From positions 1 through 52,926 of the IMG/VR virus record IMGVR_UViG_3300009498_000007: a stretch of 52,926 nucleotides of DNA; one strand, written 5' to 3'. Every line of letters starts with the position of its first letter. The stretch's first letter is position 1. The notes beneath the pieces were generated by a model that saw only the letters and a program-made list of their open reading frames with translations, was not told the DNA's origin and searched no databases. The position numbers were made by a program, and so were the translations under genes. The DNA is from a virus (taxonomy: Duplodnaviria > Caudoviricetes). Positions 17,270 to 29,234 of this stretch are shown piece after piece.

Positions 17270-20200
17270 ATGGCACTTGGCAGAATCTCAGGAGCAATGC
17301 TACAAGGGAATCTAGAGCGTGACGGAAGCGATCTAGCGTTTGAAACAGATTTACTTTATCTTGATGTAGCAAATAACAGGATTGGTATTAAAAACACCAC
17401 TCCGGCTCACAATTTAGATGTTGCCACGTCTGGTAAAATTGGTAACATAGTTCTTAACGGTTCCGCTATTTCAGCAACAGGGCAACTTGATTTTGGTGCT
17501 CCGGCAGATATTACATTATCCGGTGGCTCAAATGGTTATGTATTAAGCACTGACGGTTCTGGAAATTTATCATTTACAAGTTTGTCAAGTATCATTGGAG
17601 CATCAGGCACTGATGGTATGTCAATAGTATTAGGCACACCAACTGATACTAGCTTAGTAACAGAAGCCGCATGGGACGGTTGGTTAACAACAACAAAAGT
17701 TACAGATGCAATTGATAATTTAAATCAAGTAGCATTAAACATTGCCAAAGAAACTTATGTAGGACAAGCAGATTTTACTGAAAGCACATCTGCAGGACCA
17801 AGCCCTTTAACAGTTAATTTTACAAGTGCATACACAGGAACAGCAGACACTTTCTTTTGGGACTTTGGAGACGGAAATTCAAGTACACAAGAAAATCCTT
17901 CGCACACATACGTAAACAACTTAGGCGGACAGTTTACAGTTGAATTTAGAGCAAGTAATAGCTCGGGTACGTTTAGTGGTGTACCTGCAAGTGGAGCCAT
18001 TGGAAGTTACGATGATGTAACAAAAACAAATTTAATTACATTGTATACTCCAAATCCAATACCTGCTTTTACAATAACAGATGATAGCATTGATAGTGGC
18101 AGTTCAGCCGAAATAACAAATAGTAGTCAATACACAACCAGCTTTGATTTAGACTGGGGAGACGGAACACAAGAAAACCCAGCAAACGGTTGGACAACTG
18201 AAACTCATGTTTATTCTAATCCATCTGGTGATACACAGTATGCAATACAATTAGATGCAACTAGTACCACAGCAGGACCAAGCCCAGTTACTGTTACCGG
18301 AACTCCTCAAAACATTCAAGTGTTTGATACACATACGCCAACATTTACTGCTAATACAGTTGTTCTAGCAAACGAAGAATCAGCCGGAGGCGGGATTGTA
18401 ACATTTACAAATACTACAGCAACTAATCCTGGTAGCACAAGTACATTTAATGCTAATAGGTATAGATGGACATATGGCGATGGTGATATTGATACAATCA
18501 ATATACAAGGCGGTGTAGCAGGTAACCCCGGTAGCACTATACAACATCTATTTTCGTTATCATCAAGCAACCAAACCAACGGTGTTTCAGAAACGTTTGA
18601 TGTTAAATTAGAAGTTATTAACGAACATACAACCAGTCCTTTTGCAAGTGGTTTAACTTCAATTAAAATTGAACCAGATGTTAGATCAAACTTCTCTGGT
18701 TCAGCAGATAGGCAAAGCGATAGAATTGGGGATAATGCACAAGATATTTACTTGCACAATGACTACAGAGATAACTTTGATAGAGCCGCTGTTACCTTTA
18801 CGTCAACAGCAGAGCATGCCGATGATTACCTTTGGGATTTTGGAGACGGAACAAACTCCGGAACAATCAATGAAGGTAATCCAGGAACAACGACTGGAGG
18901 CACACTAGCAAAAACTTATGCAAGTAGCACGGTTGGAAATAAAACAGTTACTTTAACAGTCAACGGAACACCAGATACACTAGCACAAAGCGATGTTGAT
19001 ACAAAAACCAATTACATACAAATTAACAGTAATCCACCTGCACCAGCAAGTTTAAGTTCTCGCACATTAAGTTTAAGTACATCTGGTCAACCACATCAAG
19101 GATTTGATGTAAGGTTGGCATCAGGTGCAACAGACAACAGCGGTGGGAATATTCCAAGTGCTGGAAGCTCAGTTACAAGATATGTGTCTGGATTAACAAA
19201 TGTCAACACAAACTCTGTTACAGATGTTAATACTGATTTAACAGGAACGTTAACAGCTAAAGTTAACAATGTTGCCGCAGGAACTGTTACATTTAATATT
19301 ACTACAGATCAAAGTGCAACGTTCACTGACTTAGTACTAACTGACGATAGAGATGCACACGACTCAGTTAGTTCTTCAACATACCCAACAGGATTCTTCC
19401 GAGCATTTGATGCTAATATTAGCACATCATTTGCTGGATTGTCAACCGGTTATTCAGATTTTCAATTAACACATGATACAGGTGGAGATACTAATAATGT
19501 TGGGTTTCTCAAAGATGACTTGTCTTCGAATCCTACTTTAGATATTAATAGTGCCGTAGTAACGCAAACAGCACCAGGAACGTTAAAACATATATCTGGT
19601 ATTCCTTATTATAATAATAGCAGTAATACTATTAGTGTAGCTGGAATTGAAGTATCAAATTGGATAGGACAAGCATATCGTAATGGTAGTAACTTTTTCT
19701 TTGAAGATAGTACAAACGATGAAAGCACAACTGATTCAATTATTAACACACAAAGCAAAAGTTATTCAGATATTGACGGAGCATCAACAATGCTCAGTTC
19801 AGGAACTCCAATAGCAGGCACAGGACAAGGATCAGCGTATGCACTTGGTAACATAACTTTTTCAATTAATAGAAGTGCTAGAGCAGTTGCTCAAGTACAA
19901 GCAAAAATTCGAAATGTTAATGGTGATAGTAATACTGTTATTTTCCCAACAAAGTTTAATGTTTATAGTTCATCGTTGACAGGATTTGACGAAGAAGATA
20001 TTGACGTTCCAAGTACATTGGGTGGCACGTTTTCAGACAATGGAAAACGAGTTGCATTAGGATTAACTGGAGATAATCCTTCGTATACAGCGGCTGACTT
20101 TTTTACAAACAATCCTTTTACAGGTGCTATCACAGTTGCTGGAACCGACGAAGCAATAGTACGTTGGGGAACTTTAAAACATTATGATGATGATAATTTT

Positions 20201-20650
20201 TCAACTGGTTATCTACCAGTTGGTCCAGACTTAGTTACTGGAAGAACTGGAGCTCAGTATTTTACTTTTGCTTTCAGAAGAACTAACTTAGCAAACTTTG
20301 ATATTAATATTACAACATCAACTGGAATAGCAGGTTTATGGCTAGCCGCTCCTGGAACAGGAATTGATGCCTCAGCAAGTTCAACCAACGGTTGGATTGA
20401 TGGTACTGCTAGTTATGCAGGTGCTGGACTTCCTGGTACTGATACTAGTGCAGGAGGTAACGGTGACACCGGGTGTGCATTGACGTCAACTGATAGAGTA
20501 CCAGTAAATACTGCAATTACAAATACATCATATACTATGACATTAGGTAGCGAAAACTTATCTAATGCCACAGGCAAAAACTGTTTAATTAGAGTAAGAC
20601 TTGACAACGGGCAATCACTAAGTTCAATTAGTATTGAGGCGGCGGCATAA
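17270..20650 (+). CDS. Large virion protein with ~4 PKD (Ig-like) domains
   Basis: FFWDFGDG, LDWGDG, YRWTYGDG, YLWDFGDG motifs; Thr/Ser/Gly-rich. Confidence 0.8.
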   Translation: MALGRISGAMLQGNLERDGSDLAFETDLLYLDVANNRIGIKNTTPAHNLDVATSGKIGNIVLNGSAISATGQLDFGAPADITLSGGSNGYVLSTDGSGNLSFTSLSSIIGASGTDGMSIVLGTPTDTSLVTEAAWDGWLTTTKVTDAIDNLNQVALNIAKETYVGQADFTESTSAGPSPLTVNFTSAYTGTADTFFWDFGDGNSSTQENPSHTYVNNLGGQFTVEFRASNSSGTFSGVPASGAIGSYDDVTKTNLITLYTPNPIPAFTITDDSIDSGSSAEITNSSQYTTSFDLDWGDGTQENPANGWTTETHVYSNPSGDTQYAIQLDATSTTAGPSPVTVTGTPQNIQVFDTHTPTFTANTVVLANEESAGGGIVTFTNTTATNPGSTSTFNANRYRWTYGDGDIDTINIQGGVAGNPGSTIQHLFSLSSSNQTNGVSETFDVKLEVINEHTTSPFASGLTSIKIEPDVRSNFSGSADRQSDRIGDNAQDIYLHNDYRDNFDRAAVTFTSTAEHADDYLWDFGDGTNSGTINEGNPGTTTGGTLAKTYASSTVGNKTVTLTVNGTPDTLAQSDVDTKTNYIQINSNPPAPASLSSRTLSLSTSGQPHQGFDVRLASGATDNSGGNIPSAGSSVTRYVSGLTNVNTNSVTDVNTDLTGTLTAKVNNVAAGTVTFNITTDQSATFTDLVLTDDRDAHDSVSSSTYPTGFFRAFDANISTSFAGLSTGYSDFQLTHDTGGDTNNVGFLKDDLSSNPTLDINSAVVTQTAPGTLKHISGIPYYNNSSNTISVAGIEVSNWIGQAYRNGSNFFFEDSTNDESTTDSIINTQSKSYSDIDGASTMLSSGTPIAGTGQGSAYALGNITFSINRSARAVAQVQAKIRNVNGDSNTVIFPTKFNVYSSSLTGFDEEDIDVPSTLGGTFSDNGKRVALGLTGDNPSYTAADFFTNNPFTGAITVAGTDEAIVRWGTLKHYDDDNFSTGYLPVGPDLVTGRTGAQYFTFAFRRTNLANFDINITTSTGIAGLWLAAPGTGIDASASSTNGWIDGTASYAGAGLPGTDTSAGGNGDTGCALTSTDRVPVNTAITNTSYTMTLGSENLSNATGKNCLIRVRLDNGQSLSSISIEAAA

Positions 20651-22407
20651 TGGCTATTTCAGATACCCAAAAAGTTGATTACCTGTTTAAGAAGTTAGGG
20701 TATGGTGTTACTAAAACAGATACACTCGCTTTTAAACGAGCCTTCAATGAAAGTATAAGTTCGCCGCTATTATTACGTGGCGATAAAGTATGGCAAGAAG
20801 CAGATGTAATACCAGCAGTTAAACCGTCGTCGAGTAGTTCACAAGTAACAATATATGACGATAGTGGCAATGGTTTAGCTACTGTTGAATGCACAGAAGA
20901 TATTACAGCAAGTGACAATAGAACTTGGAAAACAGGTTTAACTGATTGGATACCAACTGAATTTGGTGCAACATATCTTGTTAAAGTTTATATTTCTACC
21001 ACCGCAGATGCAACTCCTCAAAGCAACGGAACTCAAATTCTTTCAGCAGGTAGTGGCAATGATGATGAATGGTTCTTTGATTACCAATCAGGTGTAGTAC
21101 ACTTCATTGGTGAAAACTTACCAACAGACATTGCGTCTGGAGTTACAGGAAAGAGTATCTTTGTAGTTGGTGCTAGGTATACTGGCAACTTTGGTGTAGG
21201 TGCAGGTGCCGGAGGCGGTGCTGTTGGCGATTTAAGTATATCCGGAACTACGATTAGTACAAACAGCGGAACTAATAATGATATTATACTTGACCCAGAT
21301 GGAACAGGAGCAGTTTTAATCAGTGGTGCTGAAATTGAAAATCTAGCAGACCCAACTGATGCACAGGATGCCGCTACTAAAAATTATGTAGACACTCAAC
21401 TAACTAGTGGATTATCAGGATTATCCGCTGATAAAATATTTGATGGTAACACAGAAGCCGTTGCTGATGATACTATTGGCGCAGAAAAAATTTCGTTTAC
21501 AATTAACGGAACACAAGTTGGCGAAGTAGTTGGCACAGGACTTAGTATTGATCAAATTAATCCGTATACCAGTGCAACAGGAAGAATAACATTTAATACA
21601 GTATCAGCTTTTACTATACCTGCAGGAACAACAGCCCAAAGACCTGCTACAGGTGTTACAGGAGATCTTAGGTATAATACAACCGATGGTGGCTTAGAGT
21701 TTTGGAATGGTTCAATATGGACCAAACCAGGTGCAAGTGCTACATCGTCGGAAACGATAACCCCAGACGGTACTAGTGCAACTTATGCTCTAAATGAACT
21801 TGCAACAGTTGATAGTATTATTGTTACACTAAATGGTGTTGTACAGCATACAAACGCATATACAGTTGCTACTAATTCTAATGTTTCTTCAATTACTTTC
21901 AGCCAAGTTCCACAGGCAACAGATGAAGTTAATGTTAGATATCTAACACTTGACATAGCATTTGAAAACAAATATAGAAGCAACATATCAGCTGATCCTA
22001 CTTCAAGTACAGCAGGTGAGGCTGGAGATTATTGGATCAATAATAAAGGTCAGTTTTTTATATACGAAGCAACAGGTTGGCATGTAGTAAGTACAGATCC
22101 AATAACTACTGTTTCTGTTGCATCAGCATCGCCACCAACTAGTATTTTTACATTCGCTTTAGCAGACTATCGTAGTGCAGAGTTTTTAGTTCAAAGTGTG
22201 AACGGTACTGATTATCAAATTAATAGATTGCTATTGATACATGATGATACTACAGCATCTATTAATAATACTTTATTAACTGCTGATGGAACAAGTGAAT
22301 TTGTAACATTATCTGCTACTATCACTGGCTCAAATGTTTTGTTACAAGCAACAACTACAAGCGGAACAAGTACAATAACCGTCAGATCAACTTTAATTCC
22401 AGCGTAA
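20650..22407 (+). CDS. Virion fibre/adaptor protein
   Basis: DAATKNYVD, PAGTTAQRP..GDLRYN, LNGVVQ modules; C-terminal YRSAEFLVQ..LLIHD domain. Confidence 0.75.
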   Translation: MAISDTQKVDYLFKKLGYGVTKTDTLAFKRAFNESISSPLLLRGDKVWQEADVIPAVKPSSSSSQVTIYDDSGNGLATVECTEDITASDNRTWKTGLTDWIPTEFGATYLVKVYISTTADATPQSNGTQILSAGSGNDDEWFFDYQSGVVHFIGENLPTDIASGVTGKSIFVVGARYTGNFGVGAGAGGGAVGDLSISGTTISTNSGTNNDIILDPDGTGAVLISGAEIENLADPTDAQDAATKNYVDTQLTSGLSGLSADKIFDGNTEAVADDTIGAEKISFTINGTQVGEVVGTGLSIDQINPYTSATGRITFNTVSAFTIPAGTTAQRPATGVTGDLRYNTTDGGLEFWNGSIWTKPGASATSSETITPDGTSATYALNELATVDSIIVTLNGVVQHTNAYTVATNSNVSSITFSQVPQATDEVNVRYLTLDIAFENKYRSNISADPTSSTAGEAGDYWINNKGQFFIYEATGWHVVSTDPITTVSVASASPPTSIFTFALADYRSAEFLVQSVNGTDYQINRLLLIHDDTTASINNTLLTADGTSEFVTLSATITGSNVLLQATTTSGTSTITVRSTLIPA

Positions 22408-22600
22408 ATTAGTTCTTTTTATTCAGTGGACTAAATAACATTATACGAAAGAGTCTGTTCAAGACCGTTCCATAAAACCCCCAAAAAATTTGCCAGTTAA
22501 AAAACATGCTCGCAAACCATTTTCTCATGACTATGGTAAATAGTGTTATAATTTGATAAAGTCACCAATGACTTAAGGATAACACAGGAGCATATTAAAA

Positions 22601-25600
22601 ATGGCGATAACACGTATTTTAAACAATCAAATTACCGATAGTACCATTACTGCGGCGAAGATTGCAAACGCTACTTTAACAGGTGGATTGTTTGCGGCAG
22701 ACTTGACGCTTAACAGTAACGTTACTATTTCGGGTAACTTGGTTGTTTCAGGAACAGAAAGTACAGTATCTAGTACTAATACTTTTGTTAACGATCCTCT
22801 GATCGTTTTCAATAATGGATATACAGGAACACCAACTTACGATATTGGTATTCTAGCTAATAGAAATCTACAAAATTTAGATGGAAATAACGTTAACGCC
22901 GCTTTGGTATGGGTTGAAGCAGACGATAAGTTTGAAGCAATCGCAACTACTGAAACTGGAGGTACAGCAGGGGCAATTAACAGAACAGCATTCGTTGATT
23001 TCCAAGCAAAAGAAATTGCTGGTACTACTATTACAGCAAGTACAAATTTTGCTGGTGCTTTAACTGGTAACGTAACAGGCGATGTAACAGGTGACTTAAC
23101 TGGTGATAGTGCAGGAACACATACAGGTGCAGTAACAGGTAACGTAACTGGCGATGTTACTGGAGACTTAACTGGTGATAGTGCAGGAACACATACAGGT
23201 GCAGTAACAGGTAACGTAACTGGCGATGTAACTGGTGATTTAACAGGCGCCTCAACTGGTGCTCATAATGGTACAGTTGGAGCAACCACTCCAGCAACTG
23301 GTGCATTTACAACAATCAGTGCTAGTGGAACAATCACTGGTGATGTAACTGGTGACTTAACCGGCAATGTAACCGGCAATGTAACTGGCGATGTTACTGG
23401 TGACTTAACTGGTGATGTAACCGGCAATGTAACTGGTAACTTAACTGGAGCCTCAACTGGTGCTCACAATGGTACAGTTGGTGCAACCACTCCTGCTACA
23501 ATCGTAGGTACAACCATCGGCGGTACTGTTATTACAGCAAGTACAAACTTTGCAGGTGATATTACTGGTGATGTAACTGGTAACGTAACAGGTAACTTAA
23601 CAGGTGATGTAACTGGTGATGTAACTGGTGATGTTACAAGTGCAGGAACAAGTACTTTTGCTACAGTTGATGTGAATGGCGGTGCTATTGACGGAACTAC
23701 TATTGGAGCAACTTCAGCTTCAACTGGTGCATTTACAACATTAACATCAAGTGGTGGATTTACAGGTGATGTAACTGGTGATGTAACTGGTGACTTAACC
23801 GGTGATGTTACAAGTGCAGGAACAAGTACTTTTGCTACAGTTGATGTGAATGGCGGTGCCATTGATGGTGCAATTATTGGTGCTAACTCAGCCGCGGCAG
23901 GTACGTTCACAACAATTAATGCAAGTGGTGCAATCACAGGTGATTTAACTGGTGATGTTACAGGTAACGCTGATACAGCAACAGCTCTAGCAACAGGTAG
24001 AACTATTGCAATCACTGGCGATGCAACATATACATCAGGATCATTTGATGGAACAGGCAATGTAACCGGCGCACTTACCTTAGCAAACAGCGGAGTAACA
24101 GCCGCAACAGTTGGATCTGGAACAGAAATTCCAGTTATTACTGTTGATGCAAAAGGACGTATTACATCAACTTCAACAGCCACAGTAACAGCCGGCGTAT
24201 TGGCTATGGCAGGTGACTCGGGCACTGACAACGTAACAGTTGGTACTGATACACTAACCTTTGCTGGTACAACAAACGAAGTTGTAACTACAGTAACAGA
24301 CAACCAAGTACAAATTGGTTTACCAGACAACGTAACAGTTGGCGGAAACTTAACAATTAGCGGTGACTTAACAGTTGATGGTACAACTACAACAGTTAAC
24401 ACAACCAACATTGAAGTTGAAGATCCATTGATGTTCTTAGCAACTGGTAACGGTGGCGCTGACTTAGTGGACATTGGTTTCTACGGACTATATGACACAA
24501 GTGGCTCACAAGACTTATACGCAGGACTATTTAGAGATGCTGGAGATGGCAAATTTAAATTGTTCAAAGATACACAAGACGTTCCAACTACAACAGTGGA
24601 TACAAGTGGTACTGGTTATGCAGTCGCATCACTGGTAGCAAACTTAGAAGGTGCTAGTGACGGTGCTCATAACGGTACAGTTGGAGCAACAACTCCAGCA
24701 ACTGGTGCATTTACAACAATCAGTGCTAGTGGAACAATCACTGGTGATGTAACTGGTGACTTAACTGGTAATGCAGATACAGCTACAGCATTAGCTACTG
24801 GTAGAACTATTGCAATTACAGGAGATGGAACTTATACATCGGGATCATTTGATGGAACAGGTAACGTAACTGGTGCTTTAACACTAGCAAACAGCGGAGT
24901 AACAGCAGGCTCATATGGTGATGCCGCCAACGCCGTAGCAGTGACAGTTGATGCAAAAGGACGTATTACAGCGATCTCAGAAAACGCTATTGCCGCAGTA
25001 TTTAATGTCACAGGTGACTCAGGTAGTAAAGCTATAGCATTAGCAACTGAAACTATTGACTTTGAAGGTGGTACAGGTGTAACAACCGCTGTTGATAATG
25101 CAAATGATAAGATTTCGTTTGCAATTGGTCAGGCAGTTGGAACAACTGACAACGTAACATTTGGAACAATTGGCGGTACTGTTATTACAGCAAGTACAAA
25201 CTTTGTAGGTGATATAACTGGTGACTTAACTGGTGGTGCAACAATTGGTGCAGGTAAAACATTAGATGTCGACGGTGTTGTTGATATTGATGCTAGTTCA
25301 GGAAACATGGATGGTGTTAATATTGGTGGAACTACACCAGGAACAGCCGCATTTACTACAGCATCAGCAAGTGGTGGATTTACAGGTGACTTAACTGGTA
25401 CAGCAGACGTAGCAACAGCAGTAACATTGATTGCTAGTAACACCACAGACTCCGCACACTACATCAACTTTACAGACTCTGCAACAGGTAATGAAAACAT
25501 CAGAACTGACACTGGATTAACATACAATCCAAGTAGTGGAATTTTAACAACCACTCAAGTAACTGGCAACTTAACTGGTGACGTAACTGGTAATGCAGAT

Positions 25601-26946
25601 ACAGCCACAGCATGGGCATCAGCTCGTACTATTTCACTAGGTGGTGACTTGTCAGGTAGTGTAAGCATTGACGGTAGTTCAAACGTAACACTAAACGCAA
25701 CTATTGCCGCAGATAGTATTGCACTAGGTACAGATACTACTGGAGCCTATGTCCAAAGTATTACAAACGGATCGTACATCACAGGTGGTGACGGTGGTAG
25801 CGAAAGCGCCGCTCTAACACTAGCAGTTGATGCAACTATCAAAATACAGCAAGTAAAGTTGTTGCACGTGATGGCAGTGGTGACTTTGCCGCAGGCACAA
25901 TCACAGCAACTTTAACTGGTAACGTAACTGGTAACATTACTTCATCTGGTACAAGTGCATTTGCTACTGCAACATTTAGCGGAGACTTAACTGGCAACAG
26001 TGCAGGTACCGCAGGTAATGATGTAACTTGGTCAGGTGATACAAAAGCTGGACTATTTAGAGTAGTTGCAAGTGCAACATACGACACAGTCATTATTGGC
26101 GGTGATGGTACTTCAGGAGACTTAACAACAGGTGCTACTCTTAATATTGTTGGTACAGACAGTGTTAGAATTCCGTCAGGAACAACAGGACAACGTCCAG
26201 TTTCTGGTGCACAAGGCATGATGCGTTATAATACAACTTCAGGTAACACTGAAATTTATAGCGGAAGTGAATGGAAAAACTTAGCAACTGACTTCACAGT
26301 TATTACACACGATAGCTTTAACGGTGACGCCAGTACTGTAGCATTTACACTAAGTGAATCGTCAACTACAGCAGGTTGTATGGTTAGCATCAACGGTGTT
26401 ATCCAGATTCCAACTTCAGCATACAGCATTAGTGGTACAACATTAACATTTACTGAGGCACCAGCTTCAGGTGATGTTATTGATGCTAGAATTATCACAA
26501 CTACTAGTACTATTGAAGGACTAAGTTCTGGTAATACTTACATGAAGATTGATGCTACAAATACCAGCATTGATGTTTACACTGGAACAAACTCAGGAAC
26601 TATTACTAGTTACTGGGATAGAGATGGTGCATATGTTGAGAATAAGACTGCTATTAGCGTTGGCACAAGTGCAACTGATATTGCAACGTTTGCGTTGGCA
26701 ACATACCGCTCAGCTAAGTTTATTGTACAAAGTACAAATGGAACTGATTATCAAGTAGACGAAGTGCTTGTTATACACGACGGAACTACAGCAACAATGA
26801 CATCATATGCTCAAACAGTTGCTGATGGAACTACAGCGTTTATGACACTAACAGCAGACATTGATAGTGGAAGCGTTAGACTAAGAGGAACAGGTGGCAG
26901 TGGAACTTCAACCGTAAGAGTTGCAAAACACTACATCGCAGTATAA
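22601..26946 (+). CDS. Long tail fibre-like protein (~1450 aa if joined), interrupted by a -1 frame break near 25838
   Basis: ORF 22601..25915 with TGDVTG/TGNVTG repeats; fibre-like sequence continues in the -1 frame from 25840 (QNTASKVVARDGSGDFAAGTITATLTG) without a stop into ORF 26218..26946. Confidence 0.75.
23093..23229 (+). repeat. 72-bp-period near-perfect coding tandem repeat
   Basis: GACTTAACTGGTGATAGTGCAGGAACACATACAGGTGCAGTAACAGGTAACGTAACTGGCGATGT at 23093 and 23165. Confidence 0.85.
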
Positions 26947-26954
26947 TAAAACAA

Positions 26955-26985
26955 GAGCTGGGGTAGGAATAGCTTACCCCAGCTC
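26955..26985 (+). other. Strong intergenic hairpin without U tract
   Basis: GAGCTGGGGTAGG / CTTACCCCAGCTC between two fibre genes. Confidence 0.7.
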
Positions 26986-27018
26986 ACTTAACAAATAGCC
27001 AATGGGAGATATGGAACA

Positions 27019-29127
27019 ATGGCAAACAGTAATTTCGTAGTTAAAAATGGATTAACCGTAGGTGCATTAACAATTGATGCATCAACAGGTAACATCACAA
27101 CATCAGGTACCATTAGTGGTGACCTAGCAACATCAAGTATCGCTAAAAACGATACCAGTCTTGCTCTAAACGATACTGGCACAGGCAGCGATGTTGCTGT
27201 TACTGTTGACGGTACAGAAATTTTTACAATTACCGGTGACGGTATTATACCAAGTGTTGATTCCGACGGGTCAACAGGTTTTTCATTAGGTAGTGCATCT
27301 TTTGCATGGAAAGACGTTTATGTGTCCTCAGGATCACTTTACGTTAATGGTCAAAAAGTTCTACAAGACGATTCAGGTACAATCGTTGTTAGTGCTGACT
27401 CTGACCAAAACCTAAGTTTTCAAACAAGTGGTTCAGGTAATGTTGAATTGAATGCAACAGGCTCAGGACTGATTGCAGTTAAATCAACACTACAGATTGA
27501 AGATGGTATTAATATCACTAACTCAGCAGGAAATGCAATTACATTCGCTAATAGCATTGACGTTGATGCAATTGAAAGCAGATCAACTGACACTAACTTA
27601 ACACTTTCAGCTAACGGCTCAGGTGTTGTTACAGTTAACGATAACTGTACAATTACAGGAAACTTAACAGTTTCTGGCACAACAACCACAGTTAACTCAG
27701 AAACAATTTCACTAGCTGATAACATGATTGACTTAAACAGTAACTTTACCACTGGTACTCCAAGTGAGAATTCAGGTATCAGAATTATGCGTGGTGACTC
27801 AACTAACGTAACATTTATTTGGGATGAAGGCAATGATAGATGGACAGTAGGTTCATCAAATATGGTTGCTGGTACATTCATTGGTGCTTTAACAGGTAAC
27901 GTAACTGGTAACGTAACTGGTGATGTAACTGGTGATTTAACTGGTAACGCAGATACAGCAACAGCACTTGCAACTACAAGAGCAATTCAAGTAAGTGGTG
28001 CTGTAACAGGCACTGCAAACTTTGATGGCAGTGCGGCAATTAACATTGTTACTACTAATACTGCTGATCCAACTGTTACACTTACTGGTGCAGTAACTGG
28101 TTCAGGTACATTAACAAACTTAGGTGATGTTACTATTACAACAACAGCAACAGCAGATCCAACTGTTACACTTACTGGTGCAGTAACTGGTTCAGGTACA
28201 TTAACAAACTTAGGTGATGTTACTATTACAACAACAGCAACAGCAGATCCAACACTAACACTTGCTGGTGATTTAAGTGGTAGTGCAACATTTACCAACC
28301 TTGGTAATGCTACACTAACTGCAACTATTGCCGCAAACAGTGTTGCACTAGGAACTGATACAACAGGTAACTATGTTGCCGCAGGTGCTACAAGTGGTAG
28401 TGGTATTAGTGGTAGCGTAAGCAGTGAAGGTGGTACATTTACTGTAACATCAAACGCTACAAACGCAAACACTGGTTCAACTATTGTGTTTAGAGATGGT
28501 TCAGGTAACTTTAGTGCTGGAACAATCACTGCTAACTTAACAGGTAACGCAAGTGGTAGCTCAGGAAGTTGTACTGGTAACAGTGCTACTGCAACAACTG
28601 CAACTAACGTTACTGTAAGTGCAAACAATACTGCTAACGAAACTGTTTACTTAACATTCGTTGACGGAGCAACTGGTACACAAGGTCTTGAAACAGATAC
28701 AGGACTTAGTTACAATCCAAGTACAAACGTTCTTGCTACAACAGCAAGCCAAGCACAATACGCTGACTTGGCAGAACGTTATGAAGCAGAAGCACCTGTA
28801 GAGCCAGGAACAGTAGTACACTTTGGTGGATCTAAAGAAATCAAAGAATGCGACGAAGATGGTTGTTCTAAGGTAGCTGGTATTATCAGTACAACACCAG
28901 CTTACATGATGAACGCAGATGCAGGAGATGATTCAACTCACCCATACGTAGCACTTAAAGGTAGAGTTCCTTGTAAAGTACAGGGTTCTATTAAGAAAGG
29001 TGATATGATGGTTTCAGCAGGCAATGGCAGAGCCAGAGCAGAAGCTGATCCAAAAATGGGATCTGTTATCGGAAAAGCAATAGCTGATAGCGAAGGCGAA
29101 GCAGTCATTGAAGTGGTTGTACTATAA
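27019..29127 (+). CDS. Tail fibre protein with C-terminal intramolecular chaperone-like (autocleavage) domain
   Basis: TGNVTG repeats; C-terminal AQYADLAERY...GIIST.PAY.MN...VALKGRVPCKV..GD...IGKA. Confidence 0.8.
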   Translation: MANSNFVVKNGLTVGALTIDASTGNITTSGTISGDLATSSIAKNDTSLALNDTGTGSDVAVTVDGTEIFTITGDGIIPSVDSDGSTGFSLGSASFAWKDVYVSSGSLYVNGQKVLQDDSGTIVVSADSDQNLSFQTSGSGNVELNATGSGLIAVKSTLQIEDGINITNSAGNAITFANSIDVDAIESRSTDTNLTLSANGSGVVTVNDNCTITGNLTVSGTTTTVNSETISLADNMIDLNSNFTTGTPSENSGIRIMRGDSTNVTFIWDEGNDRWTVGSSNMVAGTFIGALTGNVTGNVTGDVTGDLTGNADTATALATTRAIQVSGAVTGTANFDGSAAINIVTTNTADPTVTLTGAVTGSGTLTNLGDVTITTTATADPTVTLTGAVTGSGTLTNLGDVTITTTATADPTLTLAGDLSGSATFTNLGNATLTATIAANSVALGTDTTGNYVAAGATSGSGISGSVSSEGGTFTVTSNATNANTGSTIVFRDGSGNFSAGTITANLTGNASGSSGSCTGNSATATTATNVTVSANNTANETVYLTFVDGATGTQGLETDTGLSYNPSTNVLATTASQAQYADLAERYEAEAPVEPGTVVHFGGSKEIKECDEDGCSKVAGIISTTPAYMMNADAGDDSTHPYVALKGRVPCKVQGSIKKGDMMVSAGNGRARAEADPKMGSVIGKAIADSEGEAVIEVVVL
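28066..28253 (+). repeat. Perfect 90-bp tandem duplication (30 aa unit)
   Basis: Units 28066-28155 and 28156-28245 are identical (DPTVTLTGAVTGSGTLTNLGDVTITTTATA), followed by a diverged third unit. Confidence 0.9.
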
Positions 29128-29153
29128 TTTAATAGTATAAAAATCAAATTAGG

Positions 29154-29182
29154 AGAAAAGGGTCGAGAGGCCCTTTTCTTTT
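29154..29182 (+). terminator. Intrinsic terminator
   Basis: AGAAAAGGGTC-GAGA-GGCCCTTTTCT then TTT. Confidence 0.85.
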
Positions 29183-29234
29183 GACTGTATAGAACATATA
29201 AATACAATGAAGACTACGAGCTTAGGAACACGCA

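Noticed and set aside
25838-25846. Programmed frameshift as explanation of the fibre gene break
   Set aside because: No X XXY YYZ heptamer or obvious stimulatory structure; a single-base deletion is more parsimonious
22601-29127. CRISPR array or DGR template/variable repeats
   Set aside because: Repeats are in-frame coding units without unique spacers; differences are not adenine-specific; no cas or reverse transcriptase gene in the window
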